Below, one piece after another: positions 19,048-27,592 of a stretch of 64,000 nucleotides of DNA. A model generated the notes under the pieces. The model did not search any database, was not told where the DNA came from, and saw only the letters and a program-made list of their open reading frames with translations. Origin of the DNA: Ktedonobacteria bacterium. GTDB taxonomy: Bacteria > Chloroflexota > Ktedonobacteria > Ktedonobacterales > JACDGC01. The stretch lies in assembly GCA_027459785.1 (NCBI GenBank), contig DAIDGU010000057.1:34150-98149 (forward strand), read 5' to 3'. Each line of letters starts with the position of its first letter. The first letter of the stretch is position 1. Made by a program: the position numbers and the translations under genes.

Positions 19048-20416
19048 TCTGCACGAGTATATCGACGCGCATCGGGATAACGTCCTGGCGGATTACCAGG
19101 CGATCCTGCGCGTCCCCAGCATCAGCGCGCTCAGCGCATTCGACGGCGACACCCGGCGCGGCGCGGAGGTGGTCGCGCACATGTTGCGCGCCAATCAGCT
19201 CGAACACATCGAGGTCATCCCCTCAGCGGGTGCGCCACTCGTTTATGCCGATTGGCTGCATGCGCCCGGCAAGCCCACTGTCTTGCTCTATGCCCATTAC
19301 GACGTGCAGCCGGTCGATCCCGAAAACGAGTGGGAAACGCCGCCTTTCGAGCCAACGATCAAAGGCGAGTACATCTTTGGGCGCGGCGTGACAGACGACA
19401 AAAGCCAGTTGACGACAACGATCCACGCCGTCGGCGCGCACCTGGCCGCGCGCGGCACGCTGCCGGTGAACGTGCGCTTTTTGATTGAGGGCGAAGAGGA
19501 GTCCAGCGGCGAGGCCATCGAGACATTCGTGCGCGCCAATCCGGAACGGCTGGCGAGCGACATCGTGGTGATCGCGGACGGTGGCATGCCCACGCAGTCC
19601 CAGCCTGCCCTGCACTATAGCTGCCGTGGCCTGCTGTATACCGAGATCGTGGCACGTGGCGCGCAGCGCGACCTGCATTCCGGCGGCTATGGCGGCAACG
19701 CGGCGAACCCACTTTTCGCGCTGGCGCAGATCATCACCGGCCTGAAAGACGCCGACGGCCACATCACCATCCCCGGCCTCTATGAACTGGTGCAGCCACC
19801 AACGCCGGCGGAATTGGCCTCGTGGCGCGACCAGGAGGCGACATTCCTGGAAGATGTGCAGGACGCGACCGGCAATCCGCCCATCGGTGATCCCAGTGCG
19901 ACGCCGCTGGAACGGGCTTGGTCGCAACCGACGCTGGAGGTCCACGGCTTCATCGGCGGCTTTCAGGGCGAAGGATCGAAGACGGTCATCCCGGCGGAAG
20001 CGAAGGTGAAGGTGAGCCTGCGCCTGGTGCCGAACCAAACCCCACAGAACGTGCTGCCGCTGCTGCAAGCGCGCGTGGCCGAACTGACGCCGCCCGGCAT
20101 CACCACCGAGGTTCAGGTGATCGGCGAGGGTATGCCGTTTTTCACCGATCCGTCGTCGCCGGCCTTCACCGCCGTGGCCGCCGCGCTGGCCGAGGAGTTC
20201 GGCGTGCAGCCGTGGCTGGCACGTGGCGGGGGATCGGTCCCGATCTCCGCGACGCTGCAAGAGGTGCTGAAGGCGGACGTGCTGGTGGTCGGCTTCGGGC
20301 TGCCCGGTGACCGCGCCCACGCGGCCAACGAGCGCACCCACCTGCCAACCGTCTATCGCGGCGTCCACGCTTTCGCGCGCATGCTGGATGCCTTCGGCGC
20401 GCAAGCCACCAAGTAA
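19037..20416 (+). CDS. M20-family dipeptidase/acylase (tandem paralogue)
   Basis: LLYAHYDVQP, GRGVTDDKSQ and FLIEGEEE. Overlaps the upstream paralogue by 11 nt. AAGGGAGG RBS. Confidence 0.85.
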   Translation: MASDLHEYIDAHRDNVLADYQAILRVPSISALSAFDGDTRRGAEVVAHMLRANQLEHIEVIPSAGAPLVYADWLHAPGKPTVLLYAHYDVQPVDPENEWETPPFEPTIKGEYIFGRGVTDDKSQLTTTIHAVGAHLAARGTLPVNVRFLIEGEEESSGEAIETFVRANPERLASDIVVIADGGMPTQSQPALHYSCRGLLYTEIVARGAQRDLHSGGYGGNAANPLFALAQIITGLKDADGHITIPGLYELVQPPTPAELASWRDQEATFLEDVQDATGNPPIGDPSATPLERAWSQPTLEVHGFIGGFQGEGSKTVIPAEAKVKVSLRLVPNQTPQNVLPLLQARVAELTPPGITTEVQVIGEGMPFFTDPSSPAFTAVAAALAEEFGVQPWLARGGGSVPISATLQEVLKADVLVVGFGLPGDRAHAANERTHLPTVYRGVHAFARMLDAFGAQATK

Positions 20417-20427
20417 GCCCCGTCAGT

Positions 20428-20464
20428 GTGGGGAAGCAAATAGTTTCCCCACTTCTGCTTTTCG
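20428..20464 (+). terminator. intrinsic terminator candidate
   Basis: GTGGGGAA, a 9-nt loop, TTCCCCAC, then TTCTGCTTTT. It lies 12 nt after the M20 stop. Confidence 0.55.
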
Positions 20465-20488
20465 TGCGATCCGCCCAATCGCCTTTTG

Positions 20489-20525
20489 CCGCCAAGTGAT
20501 ATGCTATCTCTACATCACTTGGCGG
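20489..20525. promoter_or_regulatory. 12-bp perfect inverted repeat abutting the GS-like gene RBS
   Basis: CCGCCAAGTGAT, 13 nt, ATCACTTGGCGG. The right arm runs into GGCGGGAGCGAAAGC-ATG. Confidence 0.4.
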
Positions 20526-20535
20526 GAGCGAAAGC

Positions 20536-21864
20536 ATGGCGGCGCAAGATATGCTGGCGGAAGCAACGACGCGGGGCGTGCGCTTCTGTAACCTGGAATT
20601 CACTGATATCGTGGGGATGGCGAAAGCGGTGACAATTCCCATCGAGGAGTTGCCGGCGTCGCTGGCGGAGGGGCGTTGGTTCGACGGCTCAGCCATCGAG
20701 GGCTTCGCGCGCGAGATCGAGAGCGACATGTACCTGCGGCCCGATCCCGCGACCTTCGCCGTCATCCCGTGGGAAACGACGCGGGCGCGCGTCATCTGCG
20801 ATGTGGTGCAGCCCGACGGCACACCCTTCGCCGGCGACCCCCGCGCGCGGCTGCGCCTGCTGCTGGCACGCGCGGCACGGCAGGGCATGCGCTATGAGGT
20901 CGCGCCGGAGATCGAGTTTTTCCTGCTCCGCCAGCCGACGACCGATCCCCCCCAGGCGATCCCCTTCGACCGAGGCAGCTATTTTGATCTGACGAACGAG
21001 GCGACGGCGCGCGTGTGGCGCGAACTGATGGCTGCGCTGGAAGCGCTGGGCGTGCGGGTGGAATCGAGTCACCACGAGGTCGCCGATGGCCAGCACGAGA
21101 TCGATCTGGCGCTGGATGATGCGCTATCCGCCGCCGATGCGACGATGACCTGTAAGCTAGCGATCAAAGCTGTCGCGGCGCATCATGGACTGACGGCAAC
21201 CTTCATGCCCAAGCCCATCGCCGGCGTCAACGGCTCCGGCATGCATATTCACCAACGGCTGATCGAGATCACCAGTGGGCGCAACGTCTGCGCCGACCCC
21301 GATAACCGCGACTATGGTCTTTCCGAAACGGGCCTCCACTTCATCGCGGGGCTGCTGGACCACGCCCAGGCGATGTCCGCCGTGCTTTCGCCGCTGGTTA
21401 ATTCCTATAAACGCCTGATCCCCACCTATGAAGCGCCGGTGGAACTCACCTGGGGCCACCACAACCAGGATATGTTGGTGCGTGTGCCACGCCTGGCGAC
21501 GCGCCGCCAGAGCGACGTGCAGATCGAGATCCGCAGCCCCGATCCCAGTTGCAATCCCTATCTCGCCTTCACCGTGCTGCTGGCTGCCGGCCTGGACGGC
21601 ATCGATCGCGCGCTGGAATGCCCCGCGCCCGCCGACCGGCGCACCCGCAAGCCGGCGGCACACCGGCGGCGCGAAGCCGTGGGACCACACCTGCCGGAAT
21701 CCCTGGCCGAAGCTCTGACCGCGCTGGAAGGCGATCCCCTACTGCGCGACGCACTCGGCGCCACCATCACCGACGAATTTCTGGACGCGAAATGGCAGGA
21801 ATGGGACGACTATCGCGCTGCAATCAGCGCATGGGAGTTGCGGCGCTATCTGGCGCTATTCTAA
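20536..21864 (+). CDS. glutamine synthetase family protein (type I-like)
   Basis: 442 aa. FDGSAIEGF, HHEVADGQHEID, GSGMHIHQ and NSYKRL motifs. Confidence 0.85.
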   Translation: MAAQDMLAEATTRGVRFCNLEFTDIVGMAKAVTIPIEELPASLAEGRWFDGSAIEGFAREIESDMYLRPDPATFAVIPWETTRARVICDVVQPDGTPFAGDPRARLRLLLARAARQGMRYEVAPEIEFFLLRQPTTDPPQAIPFDRGSYFDLTNEATARVWRELMAALEALGVRVESSHHEVADGQHEIDLALDDALSAADATMTCKLAIKAVAAHHGLTATFMPKPIAGVNGSGMHIHQRLIEITSGRNVCADPDNRDYGLSETGLHFIAGLLDHAQAMSAVLSPLVNSYKRLIPTYEAPVELTWGHHNQDMLVRVPRLATRRQSDVQIEIRSPDPSCNPYLAFTVLLAAGLDGIDRALECPAPADRRTRKPAAHRRREAVGPHLPESLAEALTALEGDPLLRDALGATITDEFLDAKWQEWDDYRAAISAWELRRYLALF

Positions 21865-21968
21865 ATCATCAAGAATATAATGCAACGACATGGCACACAT
21901 CTTGCCTATAAAAGAGGACGAGCGAAGGAGTGCTTCGCCTCACGGTTTGATTCCGAAAGGAGTACGCT

Positions 21969-22262
21969 ATGTTGCATACACTGATTCTTGGTGCCGTTGC
22001 CCTCGCGCCGGGTAACTGGCTAGTTTGGCTCATCGCGGGCGGTCTCGCCGGCTGGATTGCCGGGCGCTTGATGGGTGGCGGCTTCGGCTTCCTCGGTGAT
22101 ATCATCGTGGGGCTGGTCGGTGCTTTCCTGGGTGCCTTCATCGCCGGTTTCTTCATCAGCGCCAGCTATGGCTTCATTGGCACGCTGATCATCGCCGTGA
22201 TCGGTGCGGTCATTCTGACGGCCATCGTCCACGCCTTCCAGAACCGCTCGGCAGCGGTCTAG
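21969..22262 (+). CDS. GlsB/YeaQ/YmgE-family small membrane protein
   Basis: Gly-rich transmembrane pattern GGLAGWIAGRLMGGGFGFLGDIIVGLVGAFLGAFIAG. AAGGAG RBS. Confidence 0.75.
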   Translation: MLHTLILGAVALAPGNWLVWLIAGGLAGWIAGRLMGGGFGFLGDIIVGLVGAFLGAFIAGFFISASYGFIGTLIIAVIGAVILTAIVHAFQNRSAAV

Positions 22263-22284
22263 TTGAACTAGCTCATCATCAAGC

Positions 22285-22330
22285 ACAGCGAGCGCATGCG
22301 ATCATATGATCGTGTGCGCTCGCTGTTTGA
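22285..22330. terminator. hairpin between convergent genes (12-bp perfect stem)
   Basis: ACAGCGAGCGCA, 18 nt (with an inner palindrome CGATCATATGATCG), TGCGCTCGCTGT, then TTGA. Confidence 0.5.
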
Positions 22331-22392
22331 TAGAACCAGGCGGCAGGTGCGAGTGTAATCGTCGGCTCATTCAAAGCTTGCGTCGGGCTACG

Positions 22393-23703
22393 CTAAGCGA
22401 AGGTAGCCGCCAGTTCCGGCAGGCTACGGACGATGCGTGCGCCCTCCCGCAGCAGATCCACATAAGCCGCCGCGCCCGCGCCGTCGGCGTAATCTCGCGC
22501 AGCGACATGGGCAGCTAGTGCGTTGGCTAACGGCGCGTCGCCCGGTTCTGGCAACCCCGGCTCGAAGAGCCACACACGCACGCCCGCGGCATGTGCCTCA
22601 CGTGCCACGTGCAACAAGGCTACATTGCCCGGCCCGATGGGGACAGGACATATAATCGCGCGCCCGGCGTCGCGCAGCGCCAGAAAGGTTGCCGAGCGCC
22701 CCAGGTCGCTCACCGGCGCAAAGGGAGGTTCCGCGATGACTTGCACGGCCAGTTGCTGGGCCAGGGCGTAATCACTGTCGCCGACGTTGAGTACGCCGGC
22801 AGTGAAGGTGATCTGGGCCTCTGCCAGCGCCCGCATCACCAGATCACCCGTGCCACCCCCCGCGATCACGTGCATCGAGACGCTGCCCGCCATCGCTGGC
22901 GCGACCGTTGCGCTGCCTGGCGGCAGCACGCTCAGGTGCTGCGCCCCGCGCAGGATGCCCACGCGCACCGGAATCCCGTAGACGCGCGCCAGCAGGTCGG
23001 GGTCGAGCGTAGTGGAAGGCGGGCCATCGGCGACGATGCCTCGCTGGAAAAGGATCAGGCGCGGGAAGTAGCGCGCCGCCAGGTTCAGATCGTGCAGGGT
23101 CGCCAGCACGGTGATGCCGGTCTCGCGGTTCAATTGCGCGACCAATTCCAGCACCGCGATCTGGTGGCGAATGTCCAGATGGGCCGTCGGCTCGTCGAGC
23201 AACAGCACCTGCGGCGCTTGGGCGAGCGCCATCGCCACCAACACGCGCTGGCGTTCGCCCCCGCTCAGTTCGTTGAACTGCCGCTCCGCCAGGTCGCCCA
23301 CACCCGTCGTCTGGATGGCATCCGCCACGGCGCGGTGATCCTGGTGCGCCAGCATGCCCCAACCCAGCGGCGGCAAATGCGGCGTGCGCCCCATCTCGAT
23401 CATCTGGCGCGCGGTATAGGCGAAGGGCATGGTCAGGTCTTGCGGCACCACCGCCAGCGCCCGTGCAACTTCGCGGCGCGGCAACGTCGCCAGATCGCGC
23501 CCGGCGAACAACACGCGCCCAACCTGGGGGCGCACCACGCCATCCGCCAGCCGCACGAGCGATGTTTTACCCGCGCCGTTCGGCCCCAGCAGCGCCACCA
23601 TCTCGCCGCGCGCCACCGCAAACGACACATCGCGGAACAAAGGCCGCCCAGCCTGATAGCCGAACGTCACGCCCTCAAACGCGAGCAGCGGCGTATCGCT
23701 CAT
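22393..23703 (-). CDS. ABC transporter ATP-binding protein (FepC/BtuD-like) fused to a ~170-aa C-terminal domain of unknown function
   Basis: GPNGAGKT (Walker A), LSGGERQRV (signature) and LLLDEPTAHLD (Walker B). An extra C-terminal region begins VSMHVIAGGGTGDLV... Confidence 0.85.
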   Translation of the reverse strand: MSDTPLLAFEGVTFGYQAGRPLFRDVSFAVARGEMVALLGPNGAGKTSLVRLADGVVRPQVGRVLFAGRDLATLPRREVARALAVVPQDLTMPFAYTARQMIEMGRTPHLPPLGWGMLAHQDHRAVADAIQTTGVGDLAERQFNELSGGERQRVLVAMALAQAPQVLLLDEPTAHLDIRHQIAVLELVAQLNRETGITVLATLHDLNLAARYFPRLILFQRGIVADGPPSTTLDPDLLARVYGIPVRVGILRGAQHLSVLPPGSATVAPAMAGSVSMHVIAGGGTGDLVMRALAEAQITFTAGVLNVGDSDYALAQQLAVQVIAEPPFAPVSDLGRSATFLALRDAGRAIICPVPIGPGNVALLHVAREAHAAGVRVWLFEPGLPEPGDAPLANALAAHVAARDYADGAGAAAYVDLLREGARIVRSLPELAATFA

Positions 23704-23770
23704 CTCTAATTCGTGTCCTTCGTGATCATTTCGTGGCCTTCGTGTTCACCCATCCATCAGGAGATTATCA

Positions 23771-23813
23771 CCCCCTCTCCATCCGCAGATGGGGAGGGGG
23801 CAGGGGGCAGGGT
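23771..23813. repeat. CCCCTCCCC-family REP-like hairpin (inverted orientation)
   Basis: CCCCCTCTCCATCCGCAGATGGGGAGGGGGCAGGGGGCAGGG is the reverse complement of the 6268..6394 unit type. Confidence 0.7.
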
Positions 23814-23840
23814 TCCCGTGCCGCGACGGGATGGGGCCGT

Positions 23841-24533
23841 CTACCCCCCGTTCGCCTTCAGCAGCCCCCGCCGCAGCGCGAAGCGCACCAATTCGGAGCG
23901 GTGGTGCAGGTTCAGCTTCTGCATCAGCCGCGAGCGATAGGTTTCAATCGTCTTGGGGCTGAGGATAAGTTGGTCGGCGATCTCCTGGCTGGAATAGCCT
24001 TCCGCCGTCAGCTTAAGAACCTCGCGCTCACGCTCGCTCAGCTTGCCATATTCATCGCGCTCCTCGTCGGTGTTGCCTTCCAGGTAACGCGAAAGCAAGA
24101 GGCGCGTCGCTGAAGGGTAGAGGAAGACGTTGCCCGCGATGATCGTGCGAATCGCCTCGAAGAGGTCGGAATCCACCCCCTGCTTGAGTACGTAGCCACT
24201 GCCGCCGTCTTCCAGCACCTTGAAAAGATACTCCGCCTCGGCATGCATGGTCAGCGCCAACATCTTGCAAGGCAGTCCCAGGTCGCGGATGCGCCGCATG
24301 GCTTCCAGGCCGTCCATCTTGGGCATGGCGATATCCATGATGATCACGTCGGGCTTGAGGGCTTGCGCACGCTCGATGGCTTCCGCGCCGTCGCCGGCCT
24401 CGCCGACCACGTGCATATCCGGCTGCGCGTCGATCAGCGTGCGCAGGCCCGCGCGCAGGATCGGGTGGTCATCGGCGAGCAAGATGCGAATCGGCAGCGG
24501 TGCGGGTGATGGGTTCGTAGTCGAATGCTCCAT
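23841..24533 (-). CDS. NarL/LuxR-family response regulator
   Basis: Receiver domain (ILLADDHP...DVIIMDIAMPKMDG) plus a C-terminal LuxR HTH (LSEREREVLKLTAEGYSSQEIADQL). Confidence 0.9.
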   Translation of the reverse strand: MEHSTTNPSPAPLPIRILLADDHPILRAGLRTLIDAQPDMHVVGEAGDGAEAIERAQALKPDVIIMDIAMPKMDGLEAMRRIRDLGLPCKMLALTMHAEAEYLFKVLEDGGSGYVLKQGVDSDLFEAIRTIIAGNVFLYPSATRLLLSRYLEGNTDEERDEYGKLSEREREVLKLTAEGYSSQEIADQLILSPKTIETYRSRLMQKLNLHHRSELVRFALRRGLLKANGG

Positions 24534-25626
24534 AATGGGGTTGCTCCAAAGGATTCAACGGGATAGCAGCATGGATGATCGTGCCGCTTCCCGGCTGTGA
24601 GGTAATCGCCAGCGTGCCACCCAGCAGGCGCACACGCTCCTCCATGCCGAAAAGGCCCAGGCCCGGCCCCTCTTTGCGCCGTTCGCTGAGTCGCGTCGCC
24701 CGTAGATCGAAGCCGCAGCCATCGTCCGCGATGCTCAAGTCGATCAGGCCGCCCGTGTGCCGCAGCGTAATACTCACGCTCTGCGCCTCGGCATGTTTGG
24801 CGATGTTCGTCAGCGATTCCTGGACGACCCGATAGACTGCCATCGCGCGGTCCACCGGCAGATCCGGTGCCTCCTCCGGCAGATCGGTCTGGACGGCGAT
24901 GCGCGTGCGCTCGGCGTAATCGCGCGCCAGCGCCCGGAGCGCCGGCAAAAGGCCAAGCTGCTCCAGCGCGGGAGGGCGCAAATCCAGGGCCAGCCGCCGC
25001 ACTTGGTCGATGGCATCCGAGACTGCGGCGCGCAGATCCTGCAAATCACTTTGGACGGCGACGGCCTGGGGCGCTGCCTCGATAATCTTGAGCCGCACCA
25101 GCAGGAAGGTCAGCGCCTGCCCGATCTGGTCGTGCAGTTCGCGGGCAATGCGCGCCCGCTCGTCTTCTTGCGCCCGCAAGACGCCAGCGGAAAGATCCTG
25201 CACGCGATCTTGATACCGTTGCACGTGGTCGAGCATCTCGTTCAGCGTTCCAGCAACGCTGGCGAGGTCAGCATCTGCCAACGGCGAGGCTGGCACGCGC
25301 GCGTTCAGTTCACCACGATCCAGAGCGGCGACGGTGCCACGCAGATCGCGCAGCGGGCGCATGGCCGCGCGCAGCAGCAGCGTATTCAGCGTGATCGTCA
25401 GCGCCACGCCGGTCACGGTGAACGCCAGCGCCAAGGTCGCGCCGCTGCCCTCAAAATGGCCGCCGAAGCGCAAGGTGAGCGCCGTGCCGGCGAAAGCTCC
25501 CAGCGTCACCAACAGCGAATTGGCGATGAGAAGTTTGTAGAACAGTGGGAAGCGCAATAAACGCGCGATGATATCCCGCGCTGTGCGCGCCACCGAAAGG
25601 TGTGATTCAGTCAGCATAGCTTCCAT
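24469..25626 (-). CDS. sensor histidine kinase (2 TM, HAMP, HisKA_3, HATPase)
   Basis: Canonical H-box EDERARIARELHDQIGQ, N-box ESLTNIAKHA and DDGCGF. Overlaps the response regulator start by ~65 nt. The start is taken at MEAML. Confidence 0.85.
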   Translation of the reverse strand: MEAMLTESHLSVARTARDIIARLLRFPLFYKLLIANSLLVTLGAFAGTALTLRFGGHFEGSGATLALAFTVTGVALTITLNTLLLRAAMRPLRDLRGTVAALDRGELNARVPASPLADADLASVAGTLNEMLDHVQRYQDRVQDLSAGVLRAQEDERARIARELHDQIGQALTFLLVRLKIIEAAPQAVAVQSDLQDLRAAVSDAIDQVRRLALDLRPPALEQLGLLPALRALARDYAERTRIAVQTDLPEEAPDLPVDRAMAVYRVVQESLTNIAKHAEAQSVSITLRHTGGLIDLSIADDGCGFDLRATRLSERRKEGPGLGLFGMEERVRLLGGTLAITSQPGSGTIIHAAIPLNPLEQPHYGAFDYEPITRTAADSHLARR

Positions 25627-25824
25627 CGCGTGCGGCAGAGTGTGAGGCCACACGCTCTCAGCTTTATTATACCGCAAACGGCGGGGCTGCTGGCGGTTTC
25701 TGGCAATAGGAAAGAAAAGCAACCGACATATTAATGGCTTACATTGCAGCTTGTATGGTAGACTTTGGTTATCTTCTTGCGCCTGTGATGGCGAACAAAG
25801 CGAACGAGGAGGCATCGCATCGCT

Positions 25825-27336
25825 ATGCGACGTGCGATCATATTAGTCTGTTTGGCGCTACTTGCCGCCGGCTGTGGTTCGTCCAGTGTTGCGGCACCAG
25901 GGGCGACAACGATCACGCCGAATCCCATGACAGGCGCGCAAGATTGGCTGCAATTCGGTGACGACGGCCAGCATTCCGGCGCAAATCCCAACGAGACACA
26001 ATTGAGCCTGAGCAATGTCAGTGGCTTGCATCGCCTGTGGGCCGTAAAGCTGCCGGCGAAGGCAGATTCCACTCCTGTGCTTATTGGCTCAATCAAGGAG
26101 CCGAATGGCAAGCAGGGTGCCGTGATCTACGTCACCACCACGAATGGATCGCTCGTCGCGCTGGATGCCGCGACCGGCGCGCAACTCTGGCAAAAGACGA
26201 CGCAGGGACAGAAGTTGACGAACTCTTCGCCTGCTATCGATCCTAACAAGCAGTACGTCTATAGCTACGGGTTGGATGGCAAGGTGCATAAGTATGCTGC
26301 GACGAACGGCAACGAGGAGACGGGGAATGGCTGGCCACTCACCACGACGTTGATGACGGATGTCGAAAAGGAATCATCGGCGTTGACCATCGCCAACGGG
26401 CGGATCTATGTGACGATGAGCGGCTACAATGGCGATTTCGGCCATTACATCGGCCATGTCGTCTCCATGCCGCTCAGCGGTGGCACACCTGCCGTCTGGA
26501 ATGCGCTGTGCAGCAACAAGCATGAATTGCTGGGCCGGACGCAAGGCCAGGAGAACTATTGTGGTGATCGACAAGCGGGCATTTGGTCGCGGGCCGGCAC
26601 GGTGGCCGATCCCGCCACAGGCAGCGTGTATGTCGTGACGGGCAACGGGCCATACACGGCGAACACCAGCGGCGGCGTGAGTTGGGGCGACAGCGTCATC
26701 GCGCTCAGCGCCGACCTCAGCCATGTCGTCGATTCGTATACGCCGACGAACCATACATTCTTGAATAAGACAGATGTCGATCTCGGCAGCACGTCGCCGG
26801 CACTGTTGCCGCGCATCCCGAACAGCAATACCCCGCTGCTGGCCGTGCAGGGCGGCAAAGACGGCATCTTGCGCTTGTTGAACCGGCAAAACCTCAGCGG
26901 GCAGGGCGGTCCCGGTCACGTGGGCGGCGAGGTCGCCACCACCGGCGTCCCTGGTCCCGGCGGCAAAGATTTGGTGTTTACCCAGCCGACGGTGTGGACC
27001 GATGCATCTGGCACGATCTGGGTCTTTGTCGCGGATAGCCTCGGCACCGCCGGCTATCAGGTGCAGACGGACGGTTCCGGCAAAACGACGCTCCACCAGG
27101 CATGGATCATCAACCAGGGTGGCAACTCAATGGTGATGGCGCATGGCGTGCTGATCTTGCCCACCAACGGCAAGTTGCTGGCGCTCGATCCCCAGTCCGG
27201 CAAGACCGTGTGGGATAGCTCCACCGCAGCAGCCGTCGGCACCATCGGCAGCATTCACTGGGAAAGTCCCATCGTCGTCAATGGCCATATCTATATGACC
27301 GACGAGAGCGGCAATATGTACGCCTACGGTCTATAG
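25825..27336 (+). CDS. PQQ-like beta-propeller repeat lipoprotein
   Basis: Lipobox LLAAGCGSS. Repeated GSLVALDAATGAQLWQ-type blades. GAGGAGG RBS. Confidence 0.75.
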   Translation: MRRAIILVCLALLAAGCGSSSVAAPGATTITPNPMTGAQDWLQFGDDGQHSGANPNETQLSLSNVSGLHRLWAVKLPAKADSTPVLIGSIKEPNGKQGAVIYVTTTNGSLVALDAATGAQLWQKTTQGQKLTNSSPAIDPNKQYVYSYGLDGKVHKYAATNGNEETGNGWPLTTTLMTDVEKESSALTIANGRIYVTMSGYNGDFGHYIGHVVSMPLSGGTPAVWNALCSNKHELLGRTQGQENYCGDRQAGIWSRAGTVADPATGSVYVVTGNGPYTANTSGGVSWGDSVIALSADLSHVVDSYTPTNHTFLNKTDVDLGSTSPALLPRIPNSNTPLLAVQGGKDGILRLLNRQNLSGQGGPGHVGGEVATTGVPGPGGKDLVFTQPTVWTDASGTIWVFVADSLGTAGYQVQTDGSGKTTLHQAWIINQGGNSMVMAHGVLILPTNGKLLALDPQSGKTVWDSSTAAAVGTIGSIHWESPIVVNGHIYMTDESGNMYAYGL

Positions 27337-27352
27337 CGAGGCCGATGAAAGC

Positions 27353-27395
27353 GGAATATCCACGGCAACGATCCAGCGGTGGATATTCCTCTCTT
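27353..27395 (+). terminator. hairpin terminator candidate (11-bp perfect stem)
   Basis: GGAATATCCAC, 15 nt, GTGGATATTCC, then TCTCTT. It lies 17 nt after the stop. Confidence 0.5.
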
Positions 27396-27416
27396 CCCTG
27401 CGCGAGATACAGCGTA

Positions 27417-27432
27417 TGTTCCACGTGGAACA
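27417..27432. repeat. palindrome copy 5 (TGTTCCACGTGGAACA)
   Basis: Exact 16-mer, intergenic. Confidence 0.95.
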
Positions 27433-27592
27433 ACTACCGCTGCTGGTTGCAGCGTCATTTTACCAATATGACGAAAGATTTGCCCTCTCCCCAGAATCCT
27501 CGTGATATGCTATACTGGCGCGGCAAAGAATTTTTGGCAAACACACCGTGGCGCTAGATTTGGCAGTTCAGAGTGAAGGGGTTTTATCAGGC

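Noticed and set aside
24469-24533. 65-nt overlap between the kinase 3' end and the response-regulator start, considered as a possible frameshift or pseudogene.
   Set aside because: Both ORFs are intact, with complete domain sets. The overlap only adds a ~30-aa tail after the HATPase domain. Overlapping HK/RR genes are common.
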